Source: Tubiluchus corallicola (taxonomy: Eukaryota > Animalia > Priapulida). From it: a stretch of DNA of 64,000 bases. Numbering within the stretch: the stretch's first letter is position 1; the number at the start of each line of letters is the position of its first letter. The notes below the pieces were generated by a model. The model searched no databases, was not told the DNA's origin, and saw nothing but the letters and a program-made list of their open reading frames with translations. The translations under genes and the position numbers were made by a program. Where the stretch lies: positions 157,921 to 221,920 of the forward strand of contig JAQGDQ010002373.1 of NCBI GenBank assembly GCA_030141605.1. The letters are read 5' to 3'. Below, in pieces: positions 38,501 through 51,318 of this stretch.

Positions 38501-41500
38501 TTATATTATAAAGCCTAGGGTGAACAGTCTAGAATAAACTGATTTGTACACCAGGCTTGCATCATTTGTACATCAAAAATTACAAAGTTTGTACGGAAAT
38601 AATTGGCAATGAAGCATTAGAGAACTTTACATATGCAAAATGCATTATACTTTTTAAACTAATCTGGCAAAGTACTGAATAATGACTAATTTCTACGGCG
38701 AATATTTTAGTCTCCTTAATATATCTCTGCACTAATTGAAATATGAGAATATTTTTATCATGGCTTAGTTGTGGATTACCAGATAGAAAGATTGATATTT
38801 TATCCTGTGAACTGAGATTATTGAAATACTTAATTCAACTCGTCTTTACTGAAGATATTGGGTTGCATTACGCGCATTATTTGTTAATTGTTTTACTATA
38901 GTACGGCTTTGCTGATTGTCAAAGCAAAGTAGTTAGCGTTATTATATATCAATATATATGGTTCAAATTTAGTTATGCAACTATAGTACAGTATAATGCA
39001 GTCAGAACCGGATTATTCTATAGGCTAATACAGGCTGCAAACCTAGGGCCCCTCAATATTGAAGCCCTTCAAGCTTTAGTAACATTTGACTAAAAATGTG
39101 CTTTTTTACTACGGTTGTGTTGAAACAATATGCTAATCTGGTTTGCATAGCCTATTTCTTAAAGAATATTTTTATTGACAAACAAAAGTCAGCTTTTCTA
39201 GTTTATTTAAACAATTTGCAATAAGTTTACGTCAAGCTATATACATATCGCTAAGACATACCACCAGCAAAAAATATTCAAGATGGATTTTGGCGAGTTT
39301 AGAGGCTGACGCCGTCCGAAGGGGGCCGAATAATTGCTTTGGCCTAGGAGCCCCAAAAGGTCATAATCCGGCCCTGCGTACAGTAAGTTCCACAAGCGTC
39401 GCGATTTTTCCGTTTATTTCCTGTGTTGAATCATTGGTACTCTCAAGCTTGGTCTAAAACAACAATTAAATTTAAGCTCTGAAAAAAACAACTATTGTTG
39501 AGAGAAAGCTTGGCATTTTACTTTTTGTTTCATTCATGTCATGTAGCGCTGGAAATGTATTACTTTTATCGCATTAGAAACTTGTGCTCGTTAAGGATAT
39601 TGAGACATGAATCCCAATTTAATTCCCCATTAAAAACACTTATTAGCTGCAGCGCTATGAGCCTGTTGCTTTCTCAAAGTGCCGCCAGCTATCCCGCGGA
39701 AAGAGTCGATTTTAATGAGTCAACTTAGACTACCTAAATCTTTCGTAGTTCATTAAAATTTCCTCAACAAAAAACGGCAAATTTGCAGAACGGAGTACGA
39801 ATTAAATAAAAATGTTCTCGTTTCGTAAAAGGCTTGGGAAATGACAAGCTACGTTCCAGATGGCTATAATCCTCAGCTTAAGAAACGACTGGAGTGAAAA
39901 TTTCTAAGCTCTTGCATGAGTTAATAAGCAAATTTTCTTATGGGTTTCATACGTCTGAAGGAAGCCAAAGCCGATTTTGTGTATGTGTGATCATAATTAC
40001 GTGGTTTATATAATCCGGTCTGGCGAACTCAACCTTAAAAAGGGATAGAAAGAACTTGCTTATATAAAAGGTTGCTGCAAGTCAGTAGTACTGACCTCAC
40101 TTCTCCCATCAATCAGACATCATTTCTATACAGACCCTTTGCTATACCAAATAAAGGTTAACACGTTAAGAAAACACGTAAATATTACTATGTTATTTAT
40201 GAAATAAAATCATTTGTTTACTACATGTTTAGATGTGTAGTGTATCAACATACTAATTTTTGGCATTTGCTATTGCAGCATTAATTGTTCGATTCCTGAC
40301 AAAGAGGTTTATCTGGGAATATGACCCAACCTTAGGTAAGACATCCAAATTCCGTAACTGTTTTCGCATAAAAATTTTCTTTACGATTTTAAGGAAATGT
40401 TGAATTGGTCGACTTTATGACTAACCTGTTTAGTTAGCGCACCTTTATTTAAATCCCCTCCCCCCGTACATTTAGTAGCGAACCTTCCCCCACAGAGTGG
40501 ATAGTTTTCTTCTTTGTTGCAGCATACCTACTATTAGCACTCTACTATATTATAATTTATCAATATCATCATCTCCTGACACCCACTATTTTTACAATCA
40601 AACTGAAATATTAATTTATCGGTTTCTTATCGCTGAAAGTTTGTAATTTGCTTTGTAGATGCTAGGCGCTTTACAAATTTGCACAAATGTATCTACACGG
40701 CATTTTTCTTGCATGAGCTGGTGTGAGATTTTCAGTAAGTGACACATTGACAGGAATTTTCTTCAGTTCTTACACTATAGCTATTAAATACTTGCACAAT
40801 AAAAATACCTCTATGCTGATTATAAGCACTGAGATTAGAGCTAGTTGAGACCGAGACTGGGCCTACTGGTTGTGTTGATCAACTTAGTGTGAACAGAACT
40901 ACAATCTTAGTGCGAACTAGATTTTCCAGTGTGAACATGACACTGAATTAATAGGATACAATGAACATTGCGATTCATAACAGTACGACATTAAGATGGT
41001 GGATTGCTAAATTTGAATGTTTGTCTTTTATAATATAGAATGGACGTATAGACATGCGCTCATAATTGATGATGAAAATGTAATACTCGAGATATTGGAC
41101 ACAGGAGGTCAGGTAAGTTATAAAGCGTTTGTATACCTTTAGTCCTTTTCAATAATATTGCACAAAAAATACATATTCATTTACTTGAACCATGACCTTG
41201 AAACGGATTAATGAAATACAATAATAAATACACAAATTTATGTGCAATTTTTTACAGCTGAAATAAAATTTTTGTTATTACATAATCTACGTTTAACCAG
41301 TGACACTTTAAGCGTGCCATAATCTATTTGCATTTTATTTTTGATTATACCTCTTACCTTGTGTCTGAACTTGCAAGTAGGAAATAAATGTTTCACTTTA
41401 TCAGTTTTAATATTATTTTAAATATGAATTATAACTGAAACGAACATTTTTTCAATGTATTCTCATCTTATCATAGTCTGAAAATCTTATTTTTGCAGAA

Positions 41501-41645
41501 AACACTTGCGCATACATTTGCGTATTTATTACAGTGTGTTTCATTGTTTCAATCCATTTTAAAAAGCTGACATGAACAACGAAACGCGTCATGGTTCAAA
41601 TAAATTAATGTTTTCAAGCAACACGCCAAAAACTAGCATACACAC

Positions 41646-41678
<33 letters not shown>

Positions 41679-43906
41679 TGAAAAAATATATGTATTTATG
41701 TATATACTATGTGTATTATTATTATTTGTGTGTTACAACAAAAATAATTAGGCCTGCTAAGCTAGTCCTGTGCAATATTAAAATGTGCATTAATTATCAT
41801 ACAATTAATTAAATTTTGAAAGACAAGAAAAGTAAAAAAGTTGTATTTCAGACTGTATTTCAACTTTTTCACTTTTCCTATTGTCGATTTTGTTGCCTTA
41901 ATAATAATCTTGTCATTAATATTATAATAACTATAAATCAAAATGTGTATATGTTTATACTTTAACTTAATATTTTCCAGAGTGAAACTCCGCACAAGGA
42001 GGGACAGGTGAAGTGGGGGGAATCGTTTTTGCTAGTTTACAGTATTGATGACAGAGATAGTTTCAAACAAATCGCCTCAATAAAATTATACATAGACGAC
42101 ATTAAAGGGACCAAGTCTTCGCCTTGCATTATAATTGGTAATAAAGCAGATCTAGATCATATAAGAGAGGTGAGTTTTGTGCATGTACAAATAATTGCCT
42201 TACAGTTTAAGCGCAAGATAATTGAGTTGCATTTTGTTTTCAACTAACTCATTTAAATGTGACAATGTTTTTATAAGAAAATTAATGTAGGTCTACTTAG
42301 ATTGATGATATTCCACCTTAAAGTAATTAATATACTTAGCACTCTTAACTAATATAATTTCTGTCAGATATAATCTAGTGCTAAGGTCTGGAAGGTGATG
42401 AGTTCGATACAGCGGCCGGGTAATGCCAAAGACTTTAAAAATGGTGTCCGTTGTTGCCCAGCCTGGCGCGTGACATTTAGGGTAAAAGTAGGGTAATAAT
42501 AATCTCTACTATGTAGGTGTAATTTGTTGATGAAAGCCTCATGGCAAGTTTGTGTTGTCTGTTGAATTAAGAGCCGACTTTAAACAAAAAAGATGATTAT
42601 ATTTGGCGCTTTCTGCTAAACGTGCCGCCTGTGATGAGAATCACAAAAATTCAATTGTGGGGAAGGTTGCTTTTCTCCAAGTCTTTTGTCTTTAGTTCTT
42701 TTCAGGACTCGCAAATGACTTCATTAACTCCAAATGGTAGTCTTTAATAATGCTCTATCTTGATCGGTCTCTCATTATACCATTAAGGTGTTAATGTGTG
42801 TTTTTAACACGTAATTAATTATCAAGCTTATGTTTAAAATAGCCTGGATGCAGCCTGGATTTGAATCAGGACATTCTGGTTGCAACGCATCGTCCATAAA
42901 CCAATAGGCAACCACATTCCCCAATAATCAAGGCAGCCCAAAGTTCATCCTTGACAGGTGGCCAACCAAGTTGCAGCATTTCCAATGTTAGAGCGCTCAC
43001 ACAAGAGTAATTCTAACTAATTTATGATAAAGAATTCCAAACTTGCAGCTTGCTCCTACTTTCACGTAATAATATCTAAGAAAAAAGAGTAGTGTTTTTT
43101 TCTGAAAGGATTTCTTATCAGGTGAAGCAAGAAGAGGGCGAAGCTCTCGCAGAAGAACTCTGCTGTAGTTTTTTTGAATGTTCTGCCAGTGACGGGGACG
43201 AAAATGTAGTCGAATCATTCCACGAACTTCACAGAGAACTGAAGCGACGGAAAGTTGTCGAATCAAGAGGTGAATTTAATTTTATTTTAGAGGCGGTTTA
43301 CTCGCAGTTTTGCTCACATAGGTGTAAAGCAGTTACTGTGGCCTTTTTTACTGTTAACGATGGACTAGCAGCTGTAGCAAAATATCTACTGGCAAAGAGG
43401 TAGAAACTGCATGACTAATTGACTACGTAGTATCGTGCATGTATTTTAGCGAAAATTAATAATGGCTAAAATGTTTTGTTTTTTTGCAGTAACTTAAAAA
43501 TTTTCAAGTCTTATCAATGGCAATCACCTTCACGTAGTTGTAATATGTGTAAAATTTAGCCAGAGTGAATGAGTGCATGAGAGAATGACTGAGTGTGTTA
43601 GAATGGATGTGCTCATTCATTTGTGTGAGAAATGTATTAGGTATTAAAGTCCGCGTGTGTAAATGATGATGTGTGTATTTTATGCTACTTTATTTGTAAA
43701 TAGATCTTATTGTATTTAATCTTGTCTGTGAAAATAGCCTACAGTTTATGTTTTATTTTGTGAAAATGGACATTAAGTAAAGGTGTTATATTCTATTGCA
43801 TTGTATTTTAGGTCGCCGCCGGTCGAGTGCTGCAGCTCAGCAAGTAATTCATGTTCTCAATAAAGTGTTTCATGGTCATAAAGATAAAGACAAAGTGCAC
43901 GCTTGA
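30450..43906 (+). CDS. RERG: Ras-related and estrogen-regulated growth inhibitor (RERG)-type small GTPase, 210 aa, 6 coding exons
   Basis: Exons 30450-30519, 40279-40335, 41039-41112, 41981-42169, 43122-43269 and 43812-43906 (633 nt, phases consistent). Motifs [24 protein letters not shown] (RERG signature), DTGGQ, NKAD and ECSA, then a basic RRRSS tail with no CaaX. Confidence 0.95.
30648..30740. repeat. Hexanucleotide microsatellite GATGTA > GATACA > GATATA
   Basis: Directly visible. Confidence 0.85.
31585..33430. mobile_element. Non-autonomous Helitron/Helentron-like element carrying an internal ~140-bp tandem array (two blocks)
   Basis: Seven to eight copies of CCATTCAATTCGTCTCATCGAGACCTTTCATTTGATGTACTACAA, each preceded by GGGGTCAGAGGTCAAC-like words. 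A duplicated catacc.a..aat..tggccctagctcaaaa block occurs at 32150 and 33165. Terminal stem-loops lie at 33314-33352 and 33370-33390. Confidence 0.6.
34095..34720 (-). mobile_element. CR1/L2-type LINE 3' end with UTR
   Basis: The minus strand gives degenerate NNLP...[16 protein letters not shown], a long UTR, then AATAAA and a (TAC)n tail near 34100-34140. Confidence 0.55.
34900..34980. repeat. (CCA/CTA)n trinucleotide repeat
   Basis: Directly visible. It gives the poly-His, poly-Gly and poly-Val ORFs. Confidence 0.9.
35505..35672. repeat. Compound pentanucleotide microsatellite AATAA > GATAA > GATGA > AATGA > AATAA
   Basis: Directly visible. Confidence 0.95.
35776..36143 (+). mobile_element. 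hAT-like MITE (about 370 bp)
   Basis: TIRs CAGGGCCGGATTAT ... ATAATCTTGCCCTG. The body is homologous to 39003-39376. Confidence 0.8.
37418..38400 (-). mobile_element. Degenerate CR1-superfamily LINE 3' part
   Basis: The minus strand reads [14 protein letters not shown] and [20 protein letters not shown]...ESPRHYVF (decayed C-terminal Cys/His motif), followed by a UTR and AATAAA. Confidence 0.7.
39003..39376 (+). mobile_element. hAT-like MITE, same family as 35776-36143
   Basis: TIRs CAGAACCGGATTAT ... ATAATCCGGCCCTG, with a shared internal tttattgacaaacaaaa..cagct.ttctagtttatttaaa block. Confidence 0.8.
42385..42590 (+). mobile_element. tRNA-derived SINE with a Meta-domain-like core
   Basis: B box GAGTTCGATAC followed by CGGGTAATGCCAAAGACTTTAAAAATGGT...CCTGGCGCGTGACATT, which resembles the MetaSINE central domain as I recall it. 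Confidence 0.6.
42640..42915 (-). mobile_element. tRNA-derived SINE, antisense
   Basis: Minus-strand head GGTTGCCTATTGGTTTATGG...CCTGATTCAAATCCAGG (A and B boxes). Confidence 0.45.
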
Positions 43907-46900
43907 CAACCAACTGAAAGGGTCACGTTTGATGACCCAAAAAATGCGTGAACATTTACGCGTTGTTGAAAAAAACCGTCTGAAAAAAATGGATGACTTC
44001 GCAGGTGTTCATGCTATCGTCGTATCTACCGTTTACAAGTGCTGTGCTTAATACTTTTCTTGATATTCACTTAAATGTAATGCTGATGTCATTTAATGTG
44101 AGCAAAACTGAACGAATTCAAATTCTACTCTGGTGAGCGTGAGCATCACTGTTTTTGTTACTTAGCTACGCCTGGTCTAGTGTGGTTGAAAAAATTGCAG
44201 ATTATTTGATTACGCCCATGTGTCATTGACCAGTGTGCACGGTGCTCGCGGATCGTGACCAGTTATCAGTTGACTATGCCTGCTCCAGTGCGGCATACCG
44301 CTGTATGAGGCCATACCCCAGGGCTCTACCCTACCTCATGATTTAACCTAATAGCTATTCAATGTTATAATCTGATGCCTAACATACTGACGATGATGAA
44401 ACCAGAATATGGCATCTGGCAGAATTCACTGTTCGCCAATCAAAAATTAACAAGAGTTTAGCCAAGCTTTAGAGGAACCGATCACTTTCTGCACAAAGCT
44501 TGTCAAGCAGGTCAAAAGATGAATGCAGTCGTTGATATATATGCCGTGTATAAGCAACAAACTTATTATGAAAATCATTATTTTAATGCCATATGGTTAT
44601 ACAAAAAAGGTGTAAATATAAAATACTGCGCCAATAATAGGAGTAGATAGCCTGGCCTATGGCAAATTGTTTAATTATTACTGTAATAAAAATCGATTGC
44701 TAATTGTTGGCCGATAATTTGCAATCGCGGATCTCAATTTTTCACTTTTGCTTACATTAAACACATTGTAAGCCAGTATATTCATCTAACGCAGGCTCTA
44801 TGCAGGCTAAGATAATTGTAACTAAAATCACAATGGTACGTCTTCTAATTACAAAAATACAAACAACTTAAAAATAAAAAAGGAAAAAAGACAAGTGACA
44901 GTTTTATTGTAGTAAAAAAATAATTTCGTCACCATTTTGTTAAAGTATAATATGAACATACAAAATGGACGTCATATATTACCATACAATAAAGGCGCTG
45001 ATGTTAGATAGAGATCATAAAAAATTTAATGACAAAATGCACAGACATCTAAACGAATACGAACTTAATGCTAAACGAACTCTAGTCCCTTATTCACAAA
45101 ATGTGTGTTTAGATACATCTAATATCTGCAGTTACAATAACTGTTCTTGACAGGATTGTTAGCCACACTAGTGTTTCTTGATTATAAGAAAATCCAAACG
45201 ATTTATGCATTGGGCAGATAATGTTCATACAGCAGATTATGCAGCTGAACTTTTTAATCTGTGTTAGAGTCTTTCCAGCCCTGCGTATCTTAGTGACGAC
45301 CTTTACATGACCTTTAGGGTGACCTATGACCACAAACATGCCAATTTTTGCTTAAATTTACTTAACGGGGATAAAGTCATTACAGCTTTAGTTGATCACC
45401 ACAACAAAACGTATCCTAAGTAATTTCATGGCACAGTGGAATGAGAAAAGCCAAAAAAATTACAATGATATAAGATCCACATTAATGAGATTTCATAAAA
45501 TGCATGTATAGGTGCATAAAACGAAAATGCGAAATATACATTAAACAGTCAGTACTTTTTAGTACTAAAATATATACAACTATAATCATTGCTATACAGT
45601 ATATTAGCTACCACCACTTGGTCCAAACATGGCTTATAGCCTATATATATACATATATATAGTTTATCAAGAAAAAAAAAAAATATATATATATATATAT
45701 ATACACACACAAATAATTAGAAAGCGTGATATGAGCAGCTGACTGTTCGCTAAAGAAATACACAAACTAAGCACATTATACACTCACCACACTCAAGTTA
45801 CTAGAGTTAGCTGCTTCTCCATTGTTTGCGAGACACTGAATCTGCTTACTATTATGCACAATGCCAAAAGAACTGGAAAAGCAGGGAGAAAACATCACAT
45901 GAAAATATTACAAAAGATTCCTGTTAATGAGTGGTATTACAAGAATAAAAAGATATACAGCAATGGCTGCAGGACCTTTTCAACAGTATGTACAGTATTT
46001 CACTAGACAAATATTTTGATTATCACTACTATAAATCTATAGTTGCCATATATAACTGCATGAATAGCCCATGATTGATTTAGTACCTATATTTTATTTT
46101 CATTTAAAATGTTTTTATCTAAATTATCTTCATTTAAAATAATGAATTCGAACTTTTCGTGATAAACGCGTATCACAGAAATACTGACAGAGGGAGAGGA
46201 TTTGTCGAAGAAACAAATGGCCTCAGCCAATATATTGCGATAAATCTCACAGCTCATCTGCAAACCAATATAAGTGTTAGACAATTTGAAACTTCAGTTG
46301 CTAGTTCTACTGTTATACTGCAGTCATGTGTAATACGCTTACATCACACTATAGTCTAACGTTATGGAATGAAAAGTCATCAACAATTGCACTTCACAGT
46401 AGTCGCTCATAAGCTCTCAAGTAAATGTACAATATTTAAACATAAACCTTAACCTGCAATGATTATTTAGTGCTTTAACTAATAAACAGTGAGATCTAAT
46501 ACTAACTGCACACAGCAAAAAAATCTGTCTTTAGGGAAATGTCTGATCAATGCAAATTGTCTTAGACAAAATTTCCCCGCACAAGGCAACTTTTGTACGA
46601 AACAACCTGTGTCATGCGTAACCTTAATACACAATTATTACATAACACAGGACAAAACAATTACTTTTTGATGGTCTGATGCAAATTGTTGTGCCAAGCC
46701 TGCACATGGGAGCAGGATGAGTTTGTGTCAGACTAGAGGCATCGCAAGATGGATGCGATTGCTGCGTGCAAGGGTGAGAGGGCGCGAAATTCTTCTAGAG
46801 TTCAATAACTGTTATTTATTAAGCACAGATCCAACACTAACAAAGCAAATAACAAAAGTTTTCAAAACTGCCTAGTCAGAGATCATTGTAGCTGACTAAT

Positions 46901-48343
46901 TATTACATCCAGCCTAGAAAAAAAGCTAGTGTTGTTACTTAACAGCGTGTGTAAGGTGTTGTGTGGCTTAGCAGATCGATAATTTTGAAAGAAACAGTGA
47001 CTTCTCTAAATGCCGATTGCATTATTGTGAAAACCTGTAGCGTTCTGTATCTTTGACAATCTTTGCATGTTTTAATGCTGGAGCTAAATGTTTAAGGACC
47101 GTTGTGTTACACGTAACTAATGCATAGAAAAGAGTTACTGTGGTGCAGTTCCGCAAATCAAACTCAGTGTGATTCTTGGCCGAAATTTGTTTACCTTTAT
47201 CCCATCACGTCAAAAAAGAAAAGTCAGGCTCAGGGATGCAAAAAACGCACACAATTTGTGGCTTCATCAACGAAACAAATGGTCAAAATGTTAAAAGGCT
47301 AGGATACCACAAGTACTTGCTACACCACCACGTCAGACAGAAAATTAAGCACGTTTAATAAAAACCCATGTGCCAAACTTGGTAAAACAGTATTTACGCA
47401 TTGTGCATATGGACAAAAAAATCAGTGTCTGACAAGCTGTTGCAGACAGAGTTTGCCTCGTGTATGCCAGACATGAGAGGTAGAAAAACATGGAGGTGAA
47501 ATACTAAAAGCCAACATACAAAAATTTATATCACTGCAAAACAGGAGTATGGAAAATATTGAGAAATACTTTTCTAAAAGCCACATTTAGGCCAATGTCA
47601 TGGGTTACAATACCATCCGCATCTCATTTCGTTTGTTTGCTACCCCTTGACAACATTCACTTGTACTTCGCAACTCCCTGTCTTGATGTTAAATTATACA
47701 AAAAATATAAATTTTGTTTAAAAATGAGAATGTAAAAGTAAGTATAGCAGTTAAAAAGTACGAAACTAATAGCTGCAAAAATGTGTTGCAAATTTGGAAA
47801 AAACTGCCAGCATTCATGTACCATTTCATTGCAAACCATATTAAAAATCAATATTGATTCTCTATTGCACATTTGCAAAGTTTGTACAGTTGGTATATAC
47901 AATTATTATACAAAATACGCTAAGTACCTACTCCACTTTTAACTAAACTATAAAATCAGTACTGTAACTAAATGTTAAAAATACACTATGCATAACCAAT
48001 TTTTGCAAAAGCACACGTAGTTATTTCTAAAAAAAAACTAATTTGAGTATCACAACCAATAAGAATCTAGTTGCTAAGGCACAGAAACTCAGTTGCCTAC
48101 AACTTTTACACCCTGGCAGAATTTCTGCCAAAAGGAACAAAAATTTCTGCCAGAATGCCACACATTTAAAAAAATGTTATAGTACATGATGACGGTAACA
48201 ATGATAGGGAAGATGATATAATACATGTCAGTCTTCTAATCTAGTTGTCTTTTGGCATGCTAGATAGGTAACTTCCAAAACAACTAAGAACAAAGGGCAC
48301 ATTTACTGTAACAGCAGATTTCTATGCTGCTATAGCGTGCAGT

Positions 48344-51318
48344 TTATTCCATGCGTCTATACGTTCCTACATGAAAGCGGCACGTGGGACAGATGTGATG
48401 AACATCCTGCAAACCAGGAGCACAACATGGCAGCAAACAGCACCCTACCCATAAACTGAAAGAAAAGCAGTTGGTTTCTAAATTTTGTAGTCCTTTTGGA
48501 GTGAACTACTAAGGAAACAAATTATAAATGTCGCATCAACATTTTAATAAAACTTGTGAGTTTTGGTCAAAAGTGGTAATGATTATCGTCAAAACATCCA
48601 CCTCCATAATATCATCACATTTTACAGGCACTAAACTATCTCTGCCTTCAAGTGGCAAAGAAAGCACTTACTGAACCCGTTCCTTGAATGGGCCCAAAGT
48701 CACTAGTCCTGTTATTGTTGATGCAGACACAATAAAAAATTGCTATACGTTTGTTGAGCATTTTGCAGGAATGAGTCCAAGCCACCTATGGTGGATTCTT
48801 GTTCGTCCCACGCATTATTACTTTGACACAGTAAATCTGCATTCTTATCAAAGAATCAGGGTTATCATTTTTAAGATCTTAGCATAACTTAGGTGGGAAT
48901 GGAACCCGGATCTGCGGAGTCCACATTACTTTTGTGTTAAATGACTTAGACTAATAACTGCGCATATGAACTATTTAAACTTCACAGTGCTAGCTGAACC
49001 TGTCAAAATTAGACTTACCCCACAAGACAGCAAGCTAAGCTCATAAGCCACGCTGCAGTTCCTGCAGTCTCTTCTAATAAAGTTATAACTGTATGATGAC
49101 AATTTGGACAGTCTAATGTAGTTGGATGTGGCCCAAGTCCACTTATAGGATTGATGACTATGGTTGTCTGTTGGTAAACATCGGGCTGGTAAACCCTGTA
49201 ATCTGAAGTGAGAAGCAATAATATTTAGAATACGGAGATCACTATCACCAAACAGCATCGTAATGTCATTTTTCAAATGAAACAAATTTAATGAAACAAA
49301 TCAAAGGACATTAGTTAGGCAACAAAACCAACTTTGCTAATCAACCCTCACTGCACGTCATACTAACTGCAATTTTACAACATTTGTCTCATGATTCACG
49401 CTGGAATGAAAAAATATTTTGTAAGAATGTGATGAAATTAGTTGATACATCACTAGCGTAAACGAAGATTTCCCATGTGTCAAATGTCATAGATTGGTTT
49501 TTGTCTGCACCTTCTAGTTCAAACAGTTCAAGCGGACCGTATATCTGCTACAAATGCATCTGTGATTAATAGTTCTCGAAATTGCAAGAAAATGCAGACT
49601 TAAAAACCACTTTATGACATTTTACATATGGGAAAACTTAGATTATGTGAATGATGAATCAACACAAAGAACCTAATATTTTTTTAAGCAAATGTTGCAA
49701 ATTTGCCAAATCAAAACTGCTGCTCGAATAATTAATGCCAAATAAGGTTTAATACAGCTTTATGGTTAAACATTTTAAGAACGTTTCGTGTGTATCACTC
49801 TATGACATTTTACATATGGGAAATCTTTGATTATGTGAACGATGAATCAACGCAAAGAACCTAATATTTTTTAAGCAAATGTTGCAAATTTGTCAAATCC
49901 AAACTACTGCTCGAATAATTAATGCCAAATAAGGTTTAATACAGCTTTATGGTTAAACATTTTATGAACGTTCCGTGTGTGATACACGTTCGTACACACA
50001 AAACAATAAAAAGCATAAGAATAATCTTGACTTGACAGCCTGAAGTCAGCATTTGATTAAAGTGTGCACTGGAACCACAGTAATGTCAGACATGGCATGA
50101 ATTGACTCAAAAATGGAGAAGTCATTTAGAAATTAGTTATTTCAAGGATAACAAAATAAAAAATGACTAATTCTACAGTTTGGATTTATAATTATAAATT
50201 TGTAATTACGCTAATGACTGGATATTTAGCACTCACACTGAGCATTGTCAGCTCCTCTGGCGAGGGGTACTGTACGTATATGAGTTTCAATAATATAATC
50301 ATCAACTTCATCATTTTTGTGAAAAGACGACGCTTCACTTTTTTGAGAAAGCTTGTCTGGTTCGGTCTCCAACCACACCGCTACCTTATCAGGGATATCT
50401 TCATCTGTGCTGCCATTGCTTTTTTGAAGTGCATCACCATATGCATGAACATTTGCATCAGGAATAGAAGTTCTGTATTTAGGCCGAGCTCCTTTATGTG
50501 CATATGCATCTCTAGCTGAATCTTCATGTTTTTGGCCATCATTCACTTTATCTGAACTACTACTTTTCTCAGAGTTTTTAGATTCAAGTGGCAAATCAAC
50601 TAACTGTTTTTTTGCTACATGTGTCCGCTGTTTGCGAGGTGGTGGTGGGCGTATAGGAAATTCATATGGAGGTGGGGCTTCACTAAATCCAGGCAAATTG
50701 AACAGATCTTCGACAAGCAGCCCTCCAGTTGCTCCTCGTAGGTCTTCAACTGATAAACCACCTGTTGCACCAGATGGTGATGCTTTTTTATCGGACATTG
50801 CTACCTACAAGCACAAATAATAAAAAACCAAAGTAATTATATTTAATGCTATTTAGGATAATAATAGTTTTCATAAAAAAACGCTATAAAGGAAACATGA
50901 TAATAATACCGGATAATATAGCTTGGAAAACAGAACTTCCTTTATACAGCTCCCCATACACACTGCAAACCAGAAAGCCTAACGAAAGGACAATAACTTT
51001 AACGAAAACTAAGCCACCAACAAGACAAATTTGAAGACCATTATAATCTTATACATTATTAACAAATCAAACCTAATTAAATTATCGAACTATGTTCAAA
51101 TTCGCGCAGTATACCGATAGACAAGTTAAATTACAAAGTCAAAAGTACTAATATTAACTTTATTATCAAAATTCCAATAATCCCACAAAATTTAAATTTG
51201 AGGGACAAATTCGTAATAACGAATAATCCCATACGCAGCAAAAACAACGTAACTTACCTGGAGGCTGGACTGGGTAAGCCAGGCACACCTGCGTTGCACA
51301 AAGCGGGTTCTTGATCAT
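48344..51318 (-). CDS. LITAF: LITAF/SIMPLE-like domain protein (LITAF/CDIP1 family); predicted 118-, 285- and 306-aa isoforms
   Basis: Exons 51318-51258, 50800 (or 50804)-50237, 49202-49019 and 48455-48344. The C-terminal domain has CPNC, a hydrophobic WLMSLACCLVGLWVGCCLLPCC segment and DVHHICPTC, the LITAF Zn-binding signature. PPxY motifs lie N-terminally. The symbol denotes the family; orthology is not established. Confidence 0.9.
49612..49980. repeat. Intronic tandem duplication of about 189 bp (2 copies, slightly diverged)
   Basis: tatgacattttacatatgggaaa... starts at about 49613 and again at 49801. Confidence 0.9.

Noticed and set aside
43851-44051. Separate 66-aa ORF after RERG
   Set aside because: It overlaps the last RERG exon out of frame and the 3' UTR, lacks a true ATG-led context of its own that I can support, and has no recognisable homology.
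46570-47475. Harbinger-like MITE in the LITAF 3' region
   Set aside because: One end resembles such termini (TGGCATACACGAGGCAAAC), but I could not find a matching opposite TIR or a TSD.
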